Assembly: GCF_046119375.1 (NCBI RefSeq) | Contig: NW_027362761.1 | Location: 1,140,800,001 to 1,140,864,000, forward strand | Source: Phyllobates terribilis | Taxonomy: Eukaryota | Direction: 5' to 3' | Length of the DNA stretch: 64,000 nucleotides | Shown: in pieces, positions 25,291 to 38,450 of the stretch | Position numbering within the stretch: position 1 is the first letter of the stretch | Layout of the letters: each line of letters opens with the position of its first letter | Made by a program: the position numbers and the translations under genes | Notes under the pieces: model-generated | The model's database searches: none | What the model was told of the DNA's origin: nothing | Seen by the model: only the letters and a program-made list of their open reading frames with translations

Positions 25291-26884
25291 CAGTGAAGGA
25301 AATAAGTATTTGATCCCTTGCTGTTTTTGTAAGTTTGCCCACTGACAAAGACATGAACAGTCTATAATTTTAAGGGTAGATTAATTTTAACATTGAGATA
25401 GAATATTCCCCCAAAAAATCATGAAAATCACATTGTATAAATTAGATAAATTTATTAGCATTTTGCAGTGAGAAATAAGTATTTGATCCCTCTGGCAAAC
25501 AACACTTAATACTTGGTGGCGAACCCCTTGTTGGCAAGCACAGCAGTCAGACGTTTCTTGTAGTTGATGATGAGGGTTGCGCACATGTCAGGAGGAGTTT
25601 TGGTCCACTCCTCTTTGCAGATCATCTCTAAATCATTCAGATTTTGAGGCTGTCACCTGGCAACTCAGAGCTTCAACTCCCTCCATAAGTTTTCTATGAG
25701 ATTAAGGTCTGGAGACTGGCTAGGCCACTCCATAACCTTAATGTGCTTCTTTTTGAGCCACTCCTTTGTTGCCTTGGCTGTATGTTTTGGGTCATTGTCT
25801 TGCTGGAAGACCCAGCCACAACCCATCTCCAATGCTCTTACTGAGGGAAGGAGGTTGTTGGCCAAAATCTCGCCATACATGACCCCATCCATCTTCCCTT
25901 CAGTGCGGTGCAGTCGCCATGTCCCCTTTTCAGAAAAGCACCCCCAAAGTATAATGTTTCCCCCACCATGCTTCACGGTTGGGACGATGTTCTTAGGGTT
26001 GTACTCATCCTTCTTCTTCCTCCAAACATGGCGAGTTGAGTTAATGCCAAAGAGCTCAATTTTTGTCTCATTTGACCACAGCACCTTCTCCCAATAACTC
26101 ACAGAATCATCCAGGTGTTCATTGGGAAACTTCAGACGGGCCTGCACATGTGCCTTCTTGAGCAGGGGGACCTTTCGGGCACTGCAGAATGTTAAACCTT
26201 TAAGACGTAATGTGTTACCAATGGTTTTCTTGGTGACTGAGGTCCCAGCTGCCTTGAGATCATTAACAAGTTCCCATCGTGTAATTTTAGGCTGATCTCT
26301 CACTTTCCTCATGATCAAGGATACCCCATGAGGTGAGATTTTGCATGGTGCCCCAGATTGATGTCGATTGACAGTCATTTTGTATTTCTTCCATTTTCTT
26401 ACTATTGCACCAACAGTTGTCTCCTTCTCACCCAGCGTCTTACTTATGGTTTTGTAGCCCATCCCAGCTTTGTGCAGGTCTATGATCTTGTCCCTGACAT
26501 CCTTAGAAAGCTCTTTGGTCTTGCCCATGTTGTAGAGGTTAGAGTCTGACTGATTAATTGAGTCTGTGGACAGGTTTCTTTTATACAGGTGACTATGGAA
26601 GACAGCTGTCTTTAATACAGGTAACGAGTTGATTAGGAGCATCTAACTGGTCTGTAGGAGCCAGAACTCATAATGGTTTGTAGGGGATCAAATACTTATT
26701 TCTCACTGCAAAATGCTAATAAATTTATCCAATTTATACAATGTGATTTTCTTGATTATTTTTTGGATATTCTATCTCTCAATGTTAAAATTAACCTACC
26801 CTTAAAATTATAGACTGTTCATGTCTTTGTCAGTGGGCAAACTTACAAAAACAGCAAGGGATCAAATACTTATTTCCCCCCCTG
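25291..26884 (-). mobile_element. Near full-length Tc1 (DD34E), inactive
   Basis: TA flanks; long TIRs; [17 protein letters not shown]...QDNDPKH...SPDLNLIE with 34 residues D to E; first D changed to N (WSNETK); TGA stops near the C-terminus. Confidence 0.95.
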
Positions 26885-27629
26885 TATATATACATACTGT
26901 ATGCTGGTAAATAACAGCTGAAAAATAAAAAAGAAATTCAACAAGGGATTAAAAAAAACACAATACCTTAGTAAATATTAGTCCCAAATCATTACATACA
27001 GTCCATATGATACCAAATGTGCGTGGAACAGTCTGTTCTGTAAATGTATAATGGCCAAGTTTATATGTATCAAAAATTGGCACCTACATAAAAGTACAAG
27101 TCTAGAATAATAAAAAAATAAAAAAATAAAATAAAATACAGCCCCAAAAAGCAAAGAGGAAAAATCAGGTGAAAAAAGCTCTGATCCTCAAGACTAAAAT
27201 TGGCCCGTCCCTCAAGGGGTTACGCGGATTTTCCCTTGAAAGCAAATATACATTAAAATAATAATACGTTTTGTGTTTAAGAGAGAAGCGGGGGTCTCGT
27301 CATGCGTTGGCGCATGTGAAGGTCCCCGGCCATCATGTGCCTACTACTCATGGAAATAATACCCCACCCAACGGCGCCCGCCACCGTCACCCCCGGGGTC
27401 ACTGCTGATTGCTACAGTAAAAGGTTTTAAGAGGTAAATGTAATTGATGTAATCGCTCTCACCAGAGACAAATGTCCCTGATCTATCGGGGTGCGGGTTT
27501 TGGAGAATTAGCCGGAGGTAAATTAAAAAGGGGAAAATAAGAAGCGGAGCTCTTCTAGGCAACAAAAGCTGAAATATAAAGCCGCGCACATCTCCTGTAT
27601 AAATATCACAAGCAGCAGATACTGCTTAC

Positions 27630-27701
27630 CTCTAAAATTGTTTGTGGCCCGTACATATCCCAGATTTTTCTCCTGCGGACATCTATGCCTCGACCTGGGT
27701 A
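27630..27701 (-). CDS. TRMT44: TRMT44 coding exon 6 (YPGRGIDVRRRKIWDMYGPQTILE)
   Basis: 72 nt, donor gtaagc; conserved GRGIDVRRRKIWDMY; atypical acceptor (see findings). Confidence 0.92.
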
Positions 27702-27747
27702 CTTTTTTTTGTAAAAATATAAAATAGACAAAAAAATATTATGTAAT

Positions 27748-28258
27748 CTCCACCTGCTAGCCTAGTTTACAGCTCCTCAGCGTCCCTCCTCCCTGCTGTT
27801 GCAGAAGGTCTACCTGCTAGCCTTGTGTACAGCTCCATCAGTGTCCCTCCTCCTTGCAACAGTTTCCACATGCTAGCCTAGTTTACAGATCCTCAGTGTC
27901 CCTCCTCCCTGCTGCTGCAGAATCTCCACCTGCTAACCTTGTTTACTACTACATCAGTGTCCCTCCTCCCCTGTTGCTGCAGAATGTCCACCTGCTAGCC
28001 TTGTTCACAGCTCCATCAGTGTCCCTCCTCCCTGCTGTTGCAGAATCTCCACCTGCTAGCCTAGTTTACAGCTCCATCAGTGTCCCTCCTCCCAGCTGTT
28101 GCAGAATCTCCACCTACCAGCCTTGTTTACAACTCCATTAGTGTCCCTCCTCCCTGCAGCAGAATCTGCACCTGCTAGCCTAGTTTACAGTTCCTCAGTG
28201 TCCCACCTCCCTGCTGCTGCAGAATCTCCACCTGCTAGCCTAGTTTAAAGCTCCTCAG
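27748..28258. repeat. Approx. 60-bp minisatellite
   Basis: Recurring CTCCACCTGCTAGCCTAGTTTACAGCTCCATCAGTGTCCCTCCTCCCTGC. Confidence 0.9.
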
Positions 28259-29052
28259 CTGTCAGGTTGTGTAGGCTGAATACATTTGGACTTATGAGCT
28301 CTCACTCTAACTGAATTTATAAAACATTCATTTATAGATCAGTATTATGCAGTAGAGATGAGGGAATATATTTACAGGATTCTGGTCCAGCGACTGCATC
28401 AGTATTCTGTTGGCGCCAGATGAGAGCCCTGTGAGCGGCCTTCTACCTGCCGGCATCCCCCGATTACCTAGTCTGGTGCAACATCCTTGTAGCGGTGTGG
28501 CGCATGACGTAGTGCTGGGCCAGCAAATCAAAACAGGATCCGGGGATGGTGACAGGTAGGAGGCAGCTAACAAGGCACCTAGCAGCCAGAGAACACTGGA
28601 GCAGTCGCAGGACTGGGGTCCTGGTATTCAATTCGATCATCTCCATTAGTGCGATATTTATTAACTAAGTTTCAGTCTGCAGTTATCATTCATTCTCAGG
28701 CCCCCAATATACAGTTTGCAGACTGATCCAAATTTCAGATTTTTCTCTTGTGGGATTGTCTCTCCGAGTAATATAGGCTGGACGTGAGCTCTGTGTGCTG
28801 CTAGCTTCACTGCTCATATCAGCACAGCTTCTATCCTGCACTTATTTCCTCCTTGTCTATAGCCTGTTTTCTCTGCCTTTCCTGAAACTGTACAGGCTTT
28901 CTTCTCTCTTTACCAGCCTCTCCCTTCTGCTATTAACTATTAATTACTAAATACAAGATAACAGAACATGTACAATAAAAGACAAAACACGGGGATTTGG
29001 AAGGAGAGACCTGAATACCCACAAAATCATAAAAACACAAATTTATATTTAC

Positions 29053-29160
29053 CCCTTCATTGCTTAAAATATGCACCAGGAGCCCATTTCCACATCCCAG
29101 GTCCACAAAGGATTGCTTCTCAGCAAGTTGGTTTTGTAATCGCTCTTCTTCCCAAAGAAC
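29053..29160 (-). CDS. TRMT44: TRMT44 coding exon 5 (VLWEEERLQNQLAEKQSFVDLGCGNGLLVHILSNEG)
   Basis: 108 nt, ttttag / gtaaat boundaries; SAM-binding motif I FVDLGCGNG. Confidence 0.95.
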
Positions 29161-29619
29161 CTAAAATCAGCACAAATAATCAAAAAAAAAATCCTTGAAC
29201 GTAAAAACAAACCTGATTATAAACTATATTCATATTTCTATAATCCCAACCCGCTTGAAAAAACACTCATATGAGTATCGCAGTGTTATATATCTCCGTG
29301 TGCTTTCCTCCTTGTCTACGACCTGTTTTCTCTGCCTTCCCTGATACTGTAAATGCTTTCTTCCCTCTTCACCAGAAGTCTGTGTACAACCCCTTTCCAT
29401 GCTGCTATCTCTAATACTGAGAAAAGGGAATTTAAGAACAGAGAGCACATCAGAACCAGGACCCAAAGTCATCTCTGGCGAAAAAGAGGGCATCAGTACG
29501 GGAATAAACTACAGAAGACTGGGTGGTATACTGAACAGAGGCATAACACCGCGATCGGAAAGTTCTCACGATGCCCCTAGTGGTGGACATTATTTGCCCC
29601 CTAGGGGTGGATGGAAAAT

Positions 29620-31022
29620 GAAATATCCCTAGTGGTGGCTACAGGTATTATTTTTAATATACACCCATTTCCCCCTAGTGGTGGCTGCAGGTATTGTTTT
29701 TAATATATACCCATTTCCCCCTAGTGGTGGCTGCAGGTATCATTTTTAATATATACCCATTTCCCCCTAGTGGTGGCTGCAAGTATCATTTTTAATATAT
29801 ACCCATTTCCCCCTAGTGGTGGCTGCAGGTATTATTTTTAATATATACCTATTTCCCCCTAGTGGTGGCTGCAGGTATCATTTTTAATATATACCCATTT
29901 CCCCCTAGTGGTGGCTGCAGGTATTATTTTAATATACACCCATTTCCCCCTAGTGGTGGCTGCAGGTATTATTTTTAATATATACCCATTTCCCCCTAGT
30001 GGTGGCTGCAGGTACTGTTTTTAATATATACCCATTTCCCCCTAGTGGTGGCTGCAGGTATTGTTTTTAATATATACCTATTTCCCCTTAGTGGTGGCTG
30101 CAAGTATCATTTTTAATATATACCCATTTCCCCCTAGTGGTGGCTGCAGGTATTATTTTTAATATATACCCATTTCCCCCTAGTGGTGGCTGCAAGTATC
30201 ATTTTTAATATATACCCATTTCCCCCTAGTGGTGGCTGCAAGTATCATTTTTAATATATACCCATTTCCCCCTAGTGGTGGCTGCAAGTATTATTTTTAA
30301 TATATACCTATTTCCCCCTAGTGGTGGCTGCAGGTATCGTTTTTAATATACACCCATTTCCCCCTAGTGGTGGCTGCAGGTATCATTTTTAATATATACC
30401 TATTTCCCCCTAGTGGTGGCTGCAGGTATTATTTTTAATATATACCTATTTCCCCCTAGTGGTGGCTGCAGGTATTATTTTTAATATATACCTATTTCCC
30501 CCTAGTGGTGGCTGCAGGTATTGTTTTTAATATACACCCATTTCCCCCTAGTGGTGGCTGCAGGTATCATTTTTAATATATACCTATTTCCCCCTAGTGG
30601 TGGCTGCAGGTATTATTTTTAATATACACCCATTTCCCCCTAGTGGTGGCTGCAGGTATCATTTTTAATATATACCTATTTCCCCCTAGTGGTGGCTGCA
30701 GGTATTATTTTTAATATATACCCATTTCCCCTTAGTGGTGGCTGCAGGTATTATTTTTAATATATACCTATTTCCCCCTAGTGGTGGCTGCAGGTATTAT
30801 TTTTAATATACACCCATTTCCCCCTAGTGGTGGCTGCAGGTATCATTTTTAATATATACCTATTTCCCCCTAGTGGTGGCTGCAGGTATTATTTTTAATA
30901 TATACCTATTTCCCCCTAGTGGTGGCTGCAGGTATCATTTTTAATATATACCTATTTCCCCCTAGTGGTGGCTGCAGGTATTATTTTTAATATATACCCA
31001 TTTCCCCTTAGTGGTGGCTGCA
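29620..31022. repeat. 46-bp minisatellite, about 30 copies
   Basis: Unit CCCATTTCCCCCTAGTGGTGGCTGCAGGTATTATTTTTAATATATA. Confidence 0.97.
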
Positions 31023-31394
31023 TAAAACATTTAAGCTCCAACCATTATAATGAGAATGAAGAAATTAATCGGCACATCATTTTGGCAGGGATTATAAAAG
31101 GTGAGGATTCCCTTTAAGTTTCTTGACATATTATCTGGCCAGATGAGCAGCTCTTGTCACTTTTTGTTCCCAGAGCTCAGTAATGATTCCTACAGAACAA
31201 CGTTTAATATTTTTATTGCCAGCTGCAGACTCATTTCATTCTTGTGCTCGATACAAGTTTCCCACGTGTCGCTCATTGAAAGCCGACGCGATTCTGGCAA
31301 AGAAATTGGCCACTCGAGACCAAAAAAAGTCGGGTCACGTCCTGGGCAAAGTGTAAAAGCCGGGAGAATCATTTGTCCAAACACAAAGACTTAC

Positions 31395-31463
31395 TAACAG
31401 GTACGTTGCAATAGCGACATCTTCATATACAAACTTCTCTGGATCTGTCACTTCAGGCCAGAC
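31395..31463 (-). CDS. TRMT44: TRMT44 coding exon 4 (VWPEVTDPEKFVYEDVAIATYLL)
   Basis: 69 nt, AG acceptor and gtaagt donor; Trm44 signature TDPEKFVYEDVAIA. Confidence 0.95.
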
Positions 31464-32096
31464 CTTCGGGTGGAAGAAAAAACAAAAACAAAAAAATGGA
31501 TATATTAATTAAAAAACTACATTTTCATCGCTCCTTTCCTGACAAATAATCAAAGAAAATATATATAATATAATAAAAATATATAAATTATAAAAATAAT
31601 ATACACACACAAAAAAAGCAAAATAAACAAAAAAAAACGAAATAATTATAATATAAATATAGAAAATAATGGCATTGCAGTTGCAACCTCTTTTCTCCCC
31701 ATAAGAGCTAGAGGAACCTTTGGGCTGTGCTCAGTTACAAGAGAGAATGTCTGTACCCTCCACGGCTACTGTAGATACATTTAGGTGGCATATCAAAAAC
31801 ATAGGCAGAGGGGCTCCAGTACCCCCACCCACAAAATGATCCCAAATCTATGTATTGTTCCATGTAACATGAAAATTACTCTAGCTATAACCTTTGGCCA
31901 ATCAGATGTGGCGAAAGAGATCACATGGTACAAAATTCCGCCCATGAGGATCCAGCCAGAAACAGATGTAAATAGAAAATGGGTCCAGGGGGGTAAAAAT
32001 CTGCCCCTCTTTAGCAGAGATGGTTTGGAGGTTAATTTTGGATGTCCTGGAGCAGAAGATGGCGGACTGTGAGGTCGGGAAACAATTCCCTGCTCT

Positions 32097-32697
32097 GATA
32101 TAACGTGTGTGGCGCAGTGACGGATATAACGTGTGTGGCGCAGTGACGGATATAACGTGTGTGGCGCAGTGACGGATATAACGTGTGTGGCGCAGTGACG
32201 GATATAACGTGTGTGGCGCAGTGACGGATATAACGTGTGTGGCGCAGTGACGGATATAACGTGTGTGGCGCAGTGACGGATATAACGTGTGTGGCGCAGT
32301 GACGGATATAACGTGTGTGGCGCAGTGACGGATATAACGTGTGTGGCGCAGTGACGGATATAACGTGTGTGGCGCAGTGACGGATATAACGTGTGTGGCG
32401 CAGTGACGGATATAACGTGTGTGGCGCAGTGACGGATATAACGTGTGTGGCGCAGTGACGGATATAACGTGTGTGGCGCAGTGACGGATATAACGTGTGT
32501 GGCGCAGTGACGGATATAACGTGTGTGGCGCAGTGACGGATATAACGTGTGTGGCGCAGTGACGGATATAACGTGTGTGGCGCAGTGACGGATATAACGT
32601 GTGTGGCGCAGTGATGGATATAACGTGTGTGGCGCAGTGATGGATATAATGTGTGTGGCGCAGTGATGGATATAATGTGTGTGGCGCAGTGACGGAT
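32097..32697. repeat. 26-bp CpG-rich minisatellite, about 23 copies
   Basis: Unit TGACGGATATAACGTGTGTGGCGCAG. Confidence 0.97.
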
Positions 32698-32708
32698 GAG
32701 GCGGGTAC

Positions 32709-32928
32709 CTTCACCATATCTCTGTACTTCTCCTTCAGGCTCTGATACCGCTTGCCATATTGATCCACGGCAATGAGGGACAGGGTGCTCTTAAAGTCGC
32801 TCCTCTTGTCCTCCGTGCACCACTTCGCCAGCCGAGACAGCAGCTCATTTTTCATCCAGGAGATTTTAGGATATAGAACGCCATCCGATTCCCAGCCGTC
32901 CGCGTATAGGGTGTACAGGGAGAGCGAC
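32709..32928 (-). CDS. TRMT44: TRMT44 coding exon 3 (...DGVLYPKISWMKNELLSRLAKW...DFKSTLSL...YQSLKEKYRDMVK)
   Basis: Acceptor ttttccag, donor gtaccc, phase 2 to 0; conserved DFKSTLSL and LKEKY motifs. Confidence 0.93.
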
Positions 32929-33281
32929 CTGGAAAACAGGGACTATGACTGGGACCAATCCTGCGGGAAATGCTTTCAGGGACTTTAACCCCTTAATGAC
33001 GCAGCCAATTTAAATTTCTGCAGTTTTTTTCCCCTCGCTATCTTGTAAAAGCCAAACTTTGTTTATTTTACCGTCATTTTTGGGGGGATTTGTTTGAACG
33101 GCAGCACAGTAACAATGACCTGGAAGCAGGATTATCTAGGGCAGGAGAATTACCGGTGATACCAAACTTGTATTTTATTATTATTACTTATCATCATCAT
33201 CATTTTTCTGCTGCTTAACATAAATGTGTAACTTGGCAAAAAAATAAAAAAATACCAGTATATACACCCACTATTTATATA

Positions 33282-34190
33282 CAGGTGCATCTCACTAAAT
33301 TCAAATATCCTAATAAAGTGAATTTATTTCAGTTCTTCAATACAAAAAGTGAAACTCATATTATATAGAGTCATTACAAACAGAGTGATCTATTCCAAGT
33401 GTTTATTTCTGTTAATGTTGATGATTATGGCTTACAGCCAATGGAAACACAAAAGTCACTATCTCAGTAAATTAGAATAATTAACAAAAAACACCTGCAA
33501 AGGCTTCCTAAGCATTTAAAAAGGTCCCTTAGTCTGTTTCAGTAGACTCCACAATCATGGGGAAGACTGCTGACTTGACAGATGTCCAGAAGGCAGTCAT
33601 TGACACACTCCACAAGGTCCCACACTGCCAAACGTACCAATACCTGGTTTACACACAACAGTACCACTGTGCTTGATTGGCAGCAAACTTGCCTGACCTT
33701 AACCCCAGAGAGGATCTATTATAGAGAATCTATGGGGTATTGTCAAGAGGAAGATGAGAGACACCAGACCCAACAATGCAGACGAGCTGAAAGCAGCTAT
33801 CAAAGCAACCTGGGCTTCCATAACACCTCAGCAGGGCCACAGGCTGATCGCCTCCATGACACATTGCCGCATTGATGCAGTAATTGATGCAAAAGGAGCC
33901 CCGACCAAGTATTGAGGGCATTTACTGAACATACATTTCAGTAGGCCAACATTTCAGATTTTAAAAACATTTTTTCAAGCTGTTATAAAGTATTCTAATT
34001 TACTGAGATAATGACTTTTGTGCTTTCATTGGCTGTAAGCCATAATCATCAACATTAACAGAAATAAACACTTGAAATAGATCACTCTGTTTGTAATGAC
34101 TCTATATAATATATGAGTTTCACTTTTTGTATTGAAGAACTGAAATAAATTAACTTTTTGATGATATTCTAATTTAGTGAGATGCACCTG
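33282..34190 (+). mobile_element. Internally deleted Tc1-family element
   Basis: TIRs CAGGTGCATCTCACTAAATT / AATTTAGTGAGATGCACCTG; MGKTADLTDVQKAVIDTLHK joined to C-terminal PDLNP remnants. Confidence 0.88.
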
Positions 34191-35191
34191 CATATAAACA
34201 TACACACAATTATATATCTATATATAAATAACACATGCTCAATCTCCATTAATGGAGCAGTGAACACTTGTGTTTTAAGTGCCAAACTATAGAATATGCT
34301 CAATTTTAAAGATTTTTTTAATATTTATAAAAAAAAAAAAAAATTAAAAATGTAAATTACTTTTCACAGGGACTTGAACCTGCGATCGGTTGACTGCCTG
34401 TACTACTATATAAACAAGGGCCTTCTGCAGGCAATCGTTATGACACCGCAAAAGCTTTTATTGCATCGTGCCACTTCAATTCCATTGTCAGAGATATCCT
34501 GCAGCATTTAAGTGGTTAACAGCAGTGATCAGAGTTGGCTCTGATTGCTGCTGTTACAGGGCAGGTGCCGGCTGGATAAAACAATCAGCACCTGCATTGT
34601 ATGGCGCAGGATCACCTACACCCTCAATAAGATGTACTACAGACTCCTGGAAAGGGACTAACAATGGTGACCGTGCCTTACAATAGGACATATTCGATCA
34701 GTGGCAGCTGATCAGCTTGTAGATGGACCAGTGATTGCAGCCTCCTCTTCACCAGTTACCATACACAGCGCCATACATTCTGTAGTGGTTGACGCAGGTA
34801 CTGCAGCTCTTTGCAACTCTGTTCCATTCAAACATAACAGGGCCGCAGTACCAGAAACAGCCACTACAAAACATAAGGCGCTGTGCCAGGTAAGCAATGA
34901 AAATTTACGCAGCATTGCGCCCCCCCGCTGCCCCTCTATCAGCTGATCAGCAGTGGTGCAAGAAGTCGGCCTTCCACCAATGCGATTTTTATGACCCTCA
35001 CCAATTTTAATGACTCAGAAAAACAATTTAATACATCTCTAAAATCGGGGTGCCAAGAACCCCTTTGTCCTGACACGGAAGGTGGCCGCATTCCCGTCTC
35101 AGACATTTACAGCATTCTCGCACCCGATCTGCACGGTTCTGTGCGCTGTATAGTGGCCATTCTTGGGTACTACAGCTCAGTTCCTATTTAA

Positions 35192-35393
35192 AGGGGTTGT
35201 CCACCTTTGGGGACTTTTTACTTAAATGCATGGAATTGGGGCTAAAAATAATTTTTGCAATTGGGCTTCATGAAAAATTTCACCCCGTTTGACTCCTATA
35301 GCCGCTGTATTGAAGGAATAAGAAGCTAGCTGCAATACCACATGCAGCCTGTAGAAAGGGGTGGCACTGTTTTTTTCAATCTGGTGAACCCCT
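35192..35393. mobile_element. T2/Kolobok-type MITE
   Basis: TTAA TSDs; TIR AGGGGTTGTCCACC / GGTGAACCCCT. Confidence 0.75.
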
Positions 35394-37317
35394 TTAATTA
35401 GGTTTTGAAAAGGTTCACACAGGAGGATGGAAGGAAATCAGGGCCCAGATCAGCTGTAAATCCACAGAAGAAGCGATTCCATAGATGCCACATTGATTTG
35501 TGCCGTCACTTGCTATTTAGCCGGCGACAAATGTCCTGACCGCGCGGCTCTATATCGATAAAGGGCGGCTGACATAACGAGGCGTCCGTCTTGTAGCGCA
35601 CATCCAGGGGGTTAATGAGAAAAAGCACAACCTGTCTGGCAGAGCCTTATTAATCAACAGCCGGTAAATAATAGAGGAGACGCGGAGAATTAGCAATGCT
35701 CCTGCTGACGCTGACGCGCGCCAAGGAGAACAAAGAGCCCAGAGACTTAAGCAGAGAAGAGAAAATATGGAGGCGCGAGCCGGAACAAAAGAACAGGATC
35801 TTCATTAACATTTTAACAAACTGACGAGGAGCCGCAGACTAATGTGCCGATGCCCCGGGAGATAAATGTGCTGGCGGATTATCCTACATGAAGACGGCAC
35901 GCGAAACCAGGAATAGAGGTCACCAGGAATAGTAGGGTATAGGGGCGTCCTACAACTGGGGACCCCTATCTATGAACCACTAACCAGCGGCATCTCCAGC
36001 TCCAGTGGGCTCTTATCTAACTGCCATTTAATAATACTTTCCCCCCAAAAAACTAACTGATTGACACTCAACCCTGAAACAGCGCCACTCTTGTCCATTG
36101 GTTGCATCTGGTATTGCATCTCAGACCAAACAGTCAAAAGGACAAGAGAGCTCTAATCATATCTTATATAGTGATGGGGTATCGCCGATTTTAGTGCTGC
36201 GGTCGTCTTCACCATTTACCTCCCACCATCACCATGGGTCCCGACCACCTACCTGTGCGGTGGAAATGCAGGACAGTCTCATCTAAGGGACCACCCTGAA
36301 GCCGCCCGCACAGATGGTCACCCAGGAACGCTGCAATGCAGGGAAAAGTCAGTGCTGAAGCCCCTTCGTTTTTAGGATTGTTGGGGGTCCAAAAATCAGA
36401 CCCTGAACCGATATCATATCCAGACCCCCACCACATAATTTCCAACGTTCCCTTACTTAGATTTAATGTCTGATTTACTAATAAATGGCTGTTTTTTGGT
36501 AGAAATGTTTTTACTCCATAGAGAGGGCTCAGTAAGTAAGAGCGCTACAGGCCAGGGAGGTGTCTGCTAGCTCTGATCGCTGCTATTTAACCACCTAAAT
36601 GCCGCTGTCAATCCCTGCCCGCGGCATTTCAGTGGTGCGATGACGGCTGCTGAAGTCCTCAATCATCGTCATCATAGTGTATTGCGGTACTTGATACTTC
36701 AAGTCCCTTAGGGGGGGGAACTAAACAAATAAAAGTAAAAAGTAATTAAAAAAAGTTTTTCAAACTATAATAAAAAAAAAAAGTTTAAGACTACACAATT
36801 TAACCTATCCAAAAATAAATAGATAAAATAAAAAAAAATGTTCACTATGACTAAAGGTCCGATCAAAATGAAAAAAAAAAATAAAAGTTCACAAAGAAGT
36901 CGATTGATGGGCAAAGAAAAAACAGAGCAAAATGACAACTGGCTGCGGCATTAAAGGGTCATTGGGGGATTTGTTAGATTGAAGCAGACACGGAGGGTCG
37001 GGCTCCTGCTGATTTGGAAATGGGAACATATTAAAATATCGCCACCAAATGTCTCCTGTGTAGTAATGGCAGGTGCTGAACATCGCAGGCGCCGCCACCT
37101 CCTGTTTATCTGCTGATCCCTGGCACAAAATCAATGCAAAACAGAGAGAAAACAGGGGGCAAAATGAAGAAGTGGATGCAGAGACGTGAGCGCCGCCGGA
37201 CCGCCCGTAGAATAAACCCGCGCCATTAATAAGTGATAGGGTCTCGCCGGTCACTGGAGGCGTACATCACCGCCGAGGGACCCAACGCTAATGTATGCAG
37301 CGCAGAGAAGCGCTCAC

Positions 37318-37435
37318 CATTCATCATCCTCCACGTGTGCCAGACGGATCTGATAGATGTTATTTCTCCTGACCTGGAAGTGTCCGCGGCTCGGCTCCTC
37401 CAAAGGCACAAATGTCGCCACGCTGCCGGAGACGT
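37318..37435 (-). CDS. TRMT44: TRMT44 coding exon 2 (DVSGSVATFVPLEEPSRGHFQVRRNNIYQIRLAHVEDDEW)
   Basis: Not in ORF track. Acceptor tttccag, donor gtgagc, phase 1 to 2; aligns with human DVLNGTITFLPLEE...NVYQIQLSH. Confidence 0.88.
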
Positions 37436-38030
37436 CTGGAAAGGGACGTAGGAAACAGGGAGCGTTACTCATCTGTCATCACAGACAGTGGATCAAAACA
37501 TTGTCAGATACACTTTGTATGAACTGGTTTTCAAAGCTTCTCGTTCCATAGGAATCGTCATTGGTTACTTTTAAAGGTAAAATAAAAAAAAAATCAGAGG
37601 TGGTCCTGTGAGGGTGGACAGCGCGTCCCCTACAGAGATCTGAGATTACCTGCGAGTCCATCACACAGAGTTGTGTCTAAACTTTGCGACTTTTCAAAAC
37701 TTTTTGAGCCAGAATTCCGGTGTGAAAGTTTTGATGAATCGGACCCAAAAATCTTTGTAGTCCCTTGAAGCAACCACAGGTCAGGCTTCATTTTTACTAT
37801 AAACGGCAATACTAAAAGTATCACGACCGCAGGTTTATAGGCCCCTAAGGGGACATTAAGAAAAAAAGTTTTCAAAAGATATTAGAAAAAAAAAAAAATT
37901 AAAAAGGTTTAGGCTCACCCTCCTTTTCTCAAATGAAGAAAAAAAAAATAATAATAATCATCTTTCGCCCTGTCCATATCAGACTGATTTATCAAAACAT
38001 AAATTTAATTAACTCATATGGTAAAGAAAA

Positions 38031-38084
<54 letters not shown>

Positions 38085-38450
38085 AAACGTTGAATGTGCC
38101 CCAAAATGGTATTAAATAAGACTACAACGTTATTGGAAAAATGAAAAATTTACGGCAGAAGAGAATGGCAGCACATACCCAACTTTTTTTTTTATTCTTC
38201 TTTTTCTTTATTATTTTCAAAAAAGTTCAACATTTTTCACTGGCTTCAAAAAGCGAGTAAGTAGTCCACCAAAAGTACAGTGAACGCCCTATATTAAAGC
38301 GTGGGAGAAGGCGGAAAAAGAATTCACACCATTAGAAATATGTGGAATTAATGTGATGCCCATTGATGTCAATGGAGCTCCTGCCTTCTGTTCACCCATT
38401 ATATTGTTTTGTAGTCCTGCATGTGAATGATGTTTATGTCCATTCATGAC

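Noticed and set aside
29620-32697. CRISPR-like regular repeats
   Set aside because: Tandem units with no unique spacers, no cas genes, vertebrate intron.
31902-32708. 317-aa ORF with TAPHTLYPSLRHTRYIRHCATHVISV repeats
   Set aside because: Only its N-terminal part is TRMT44 exon 3; the rest is read-through past the donor into the 26-bp array.
37479-37664. ORF ILPLKVTNDDSYG... as TRMT44 exon 2
   Set aside because: 37318-37435 gives better similarity, canonical splice sites and correct phases.
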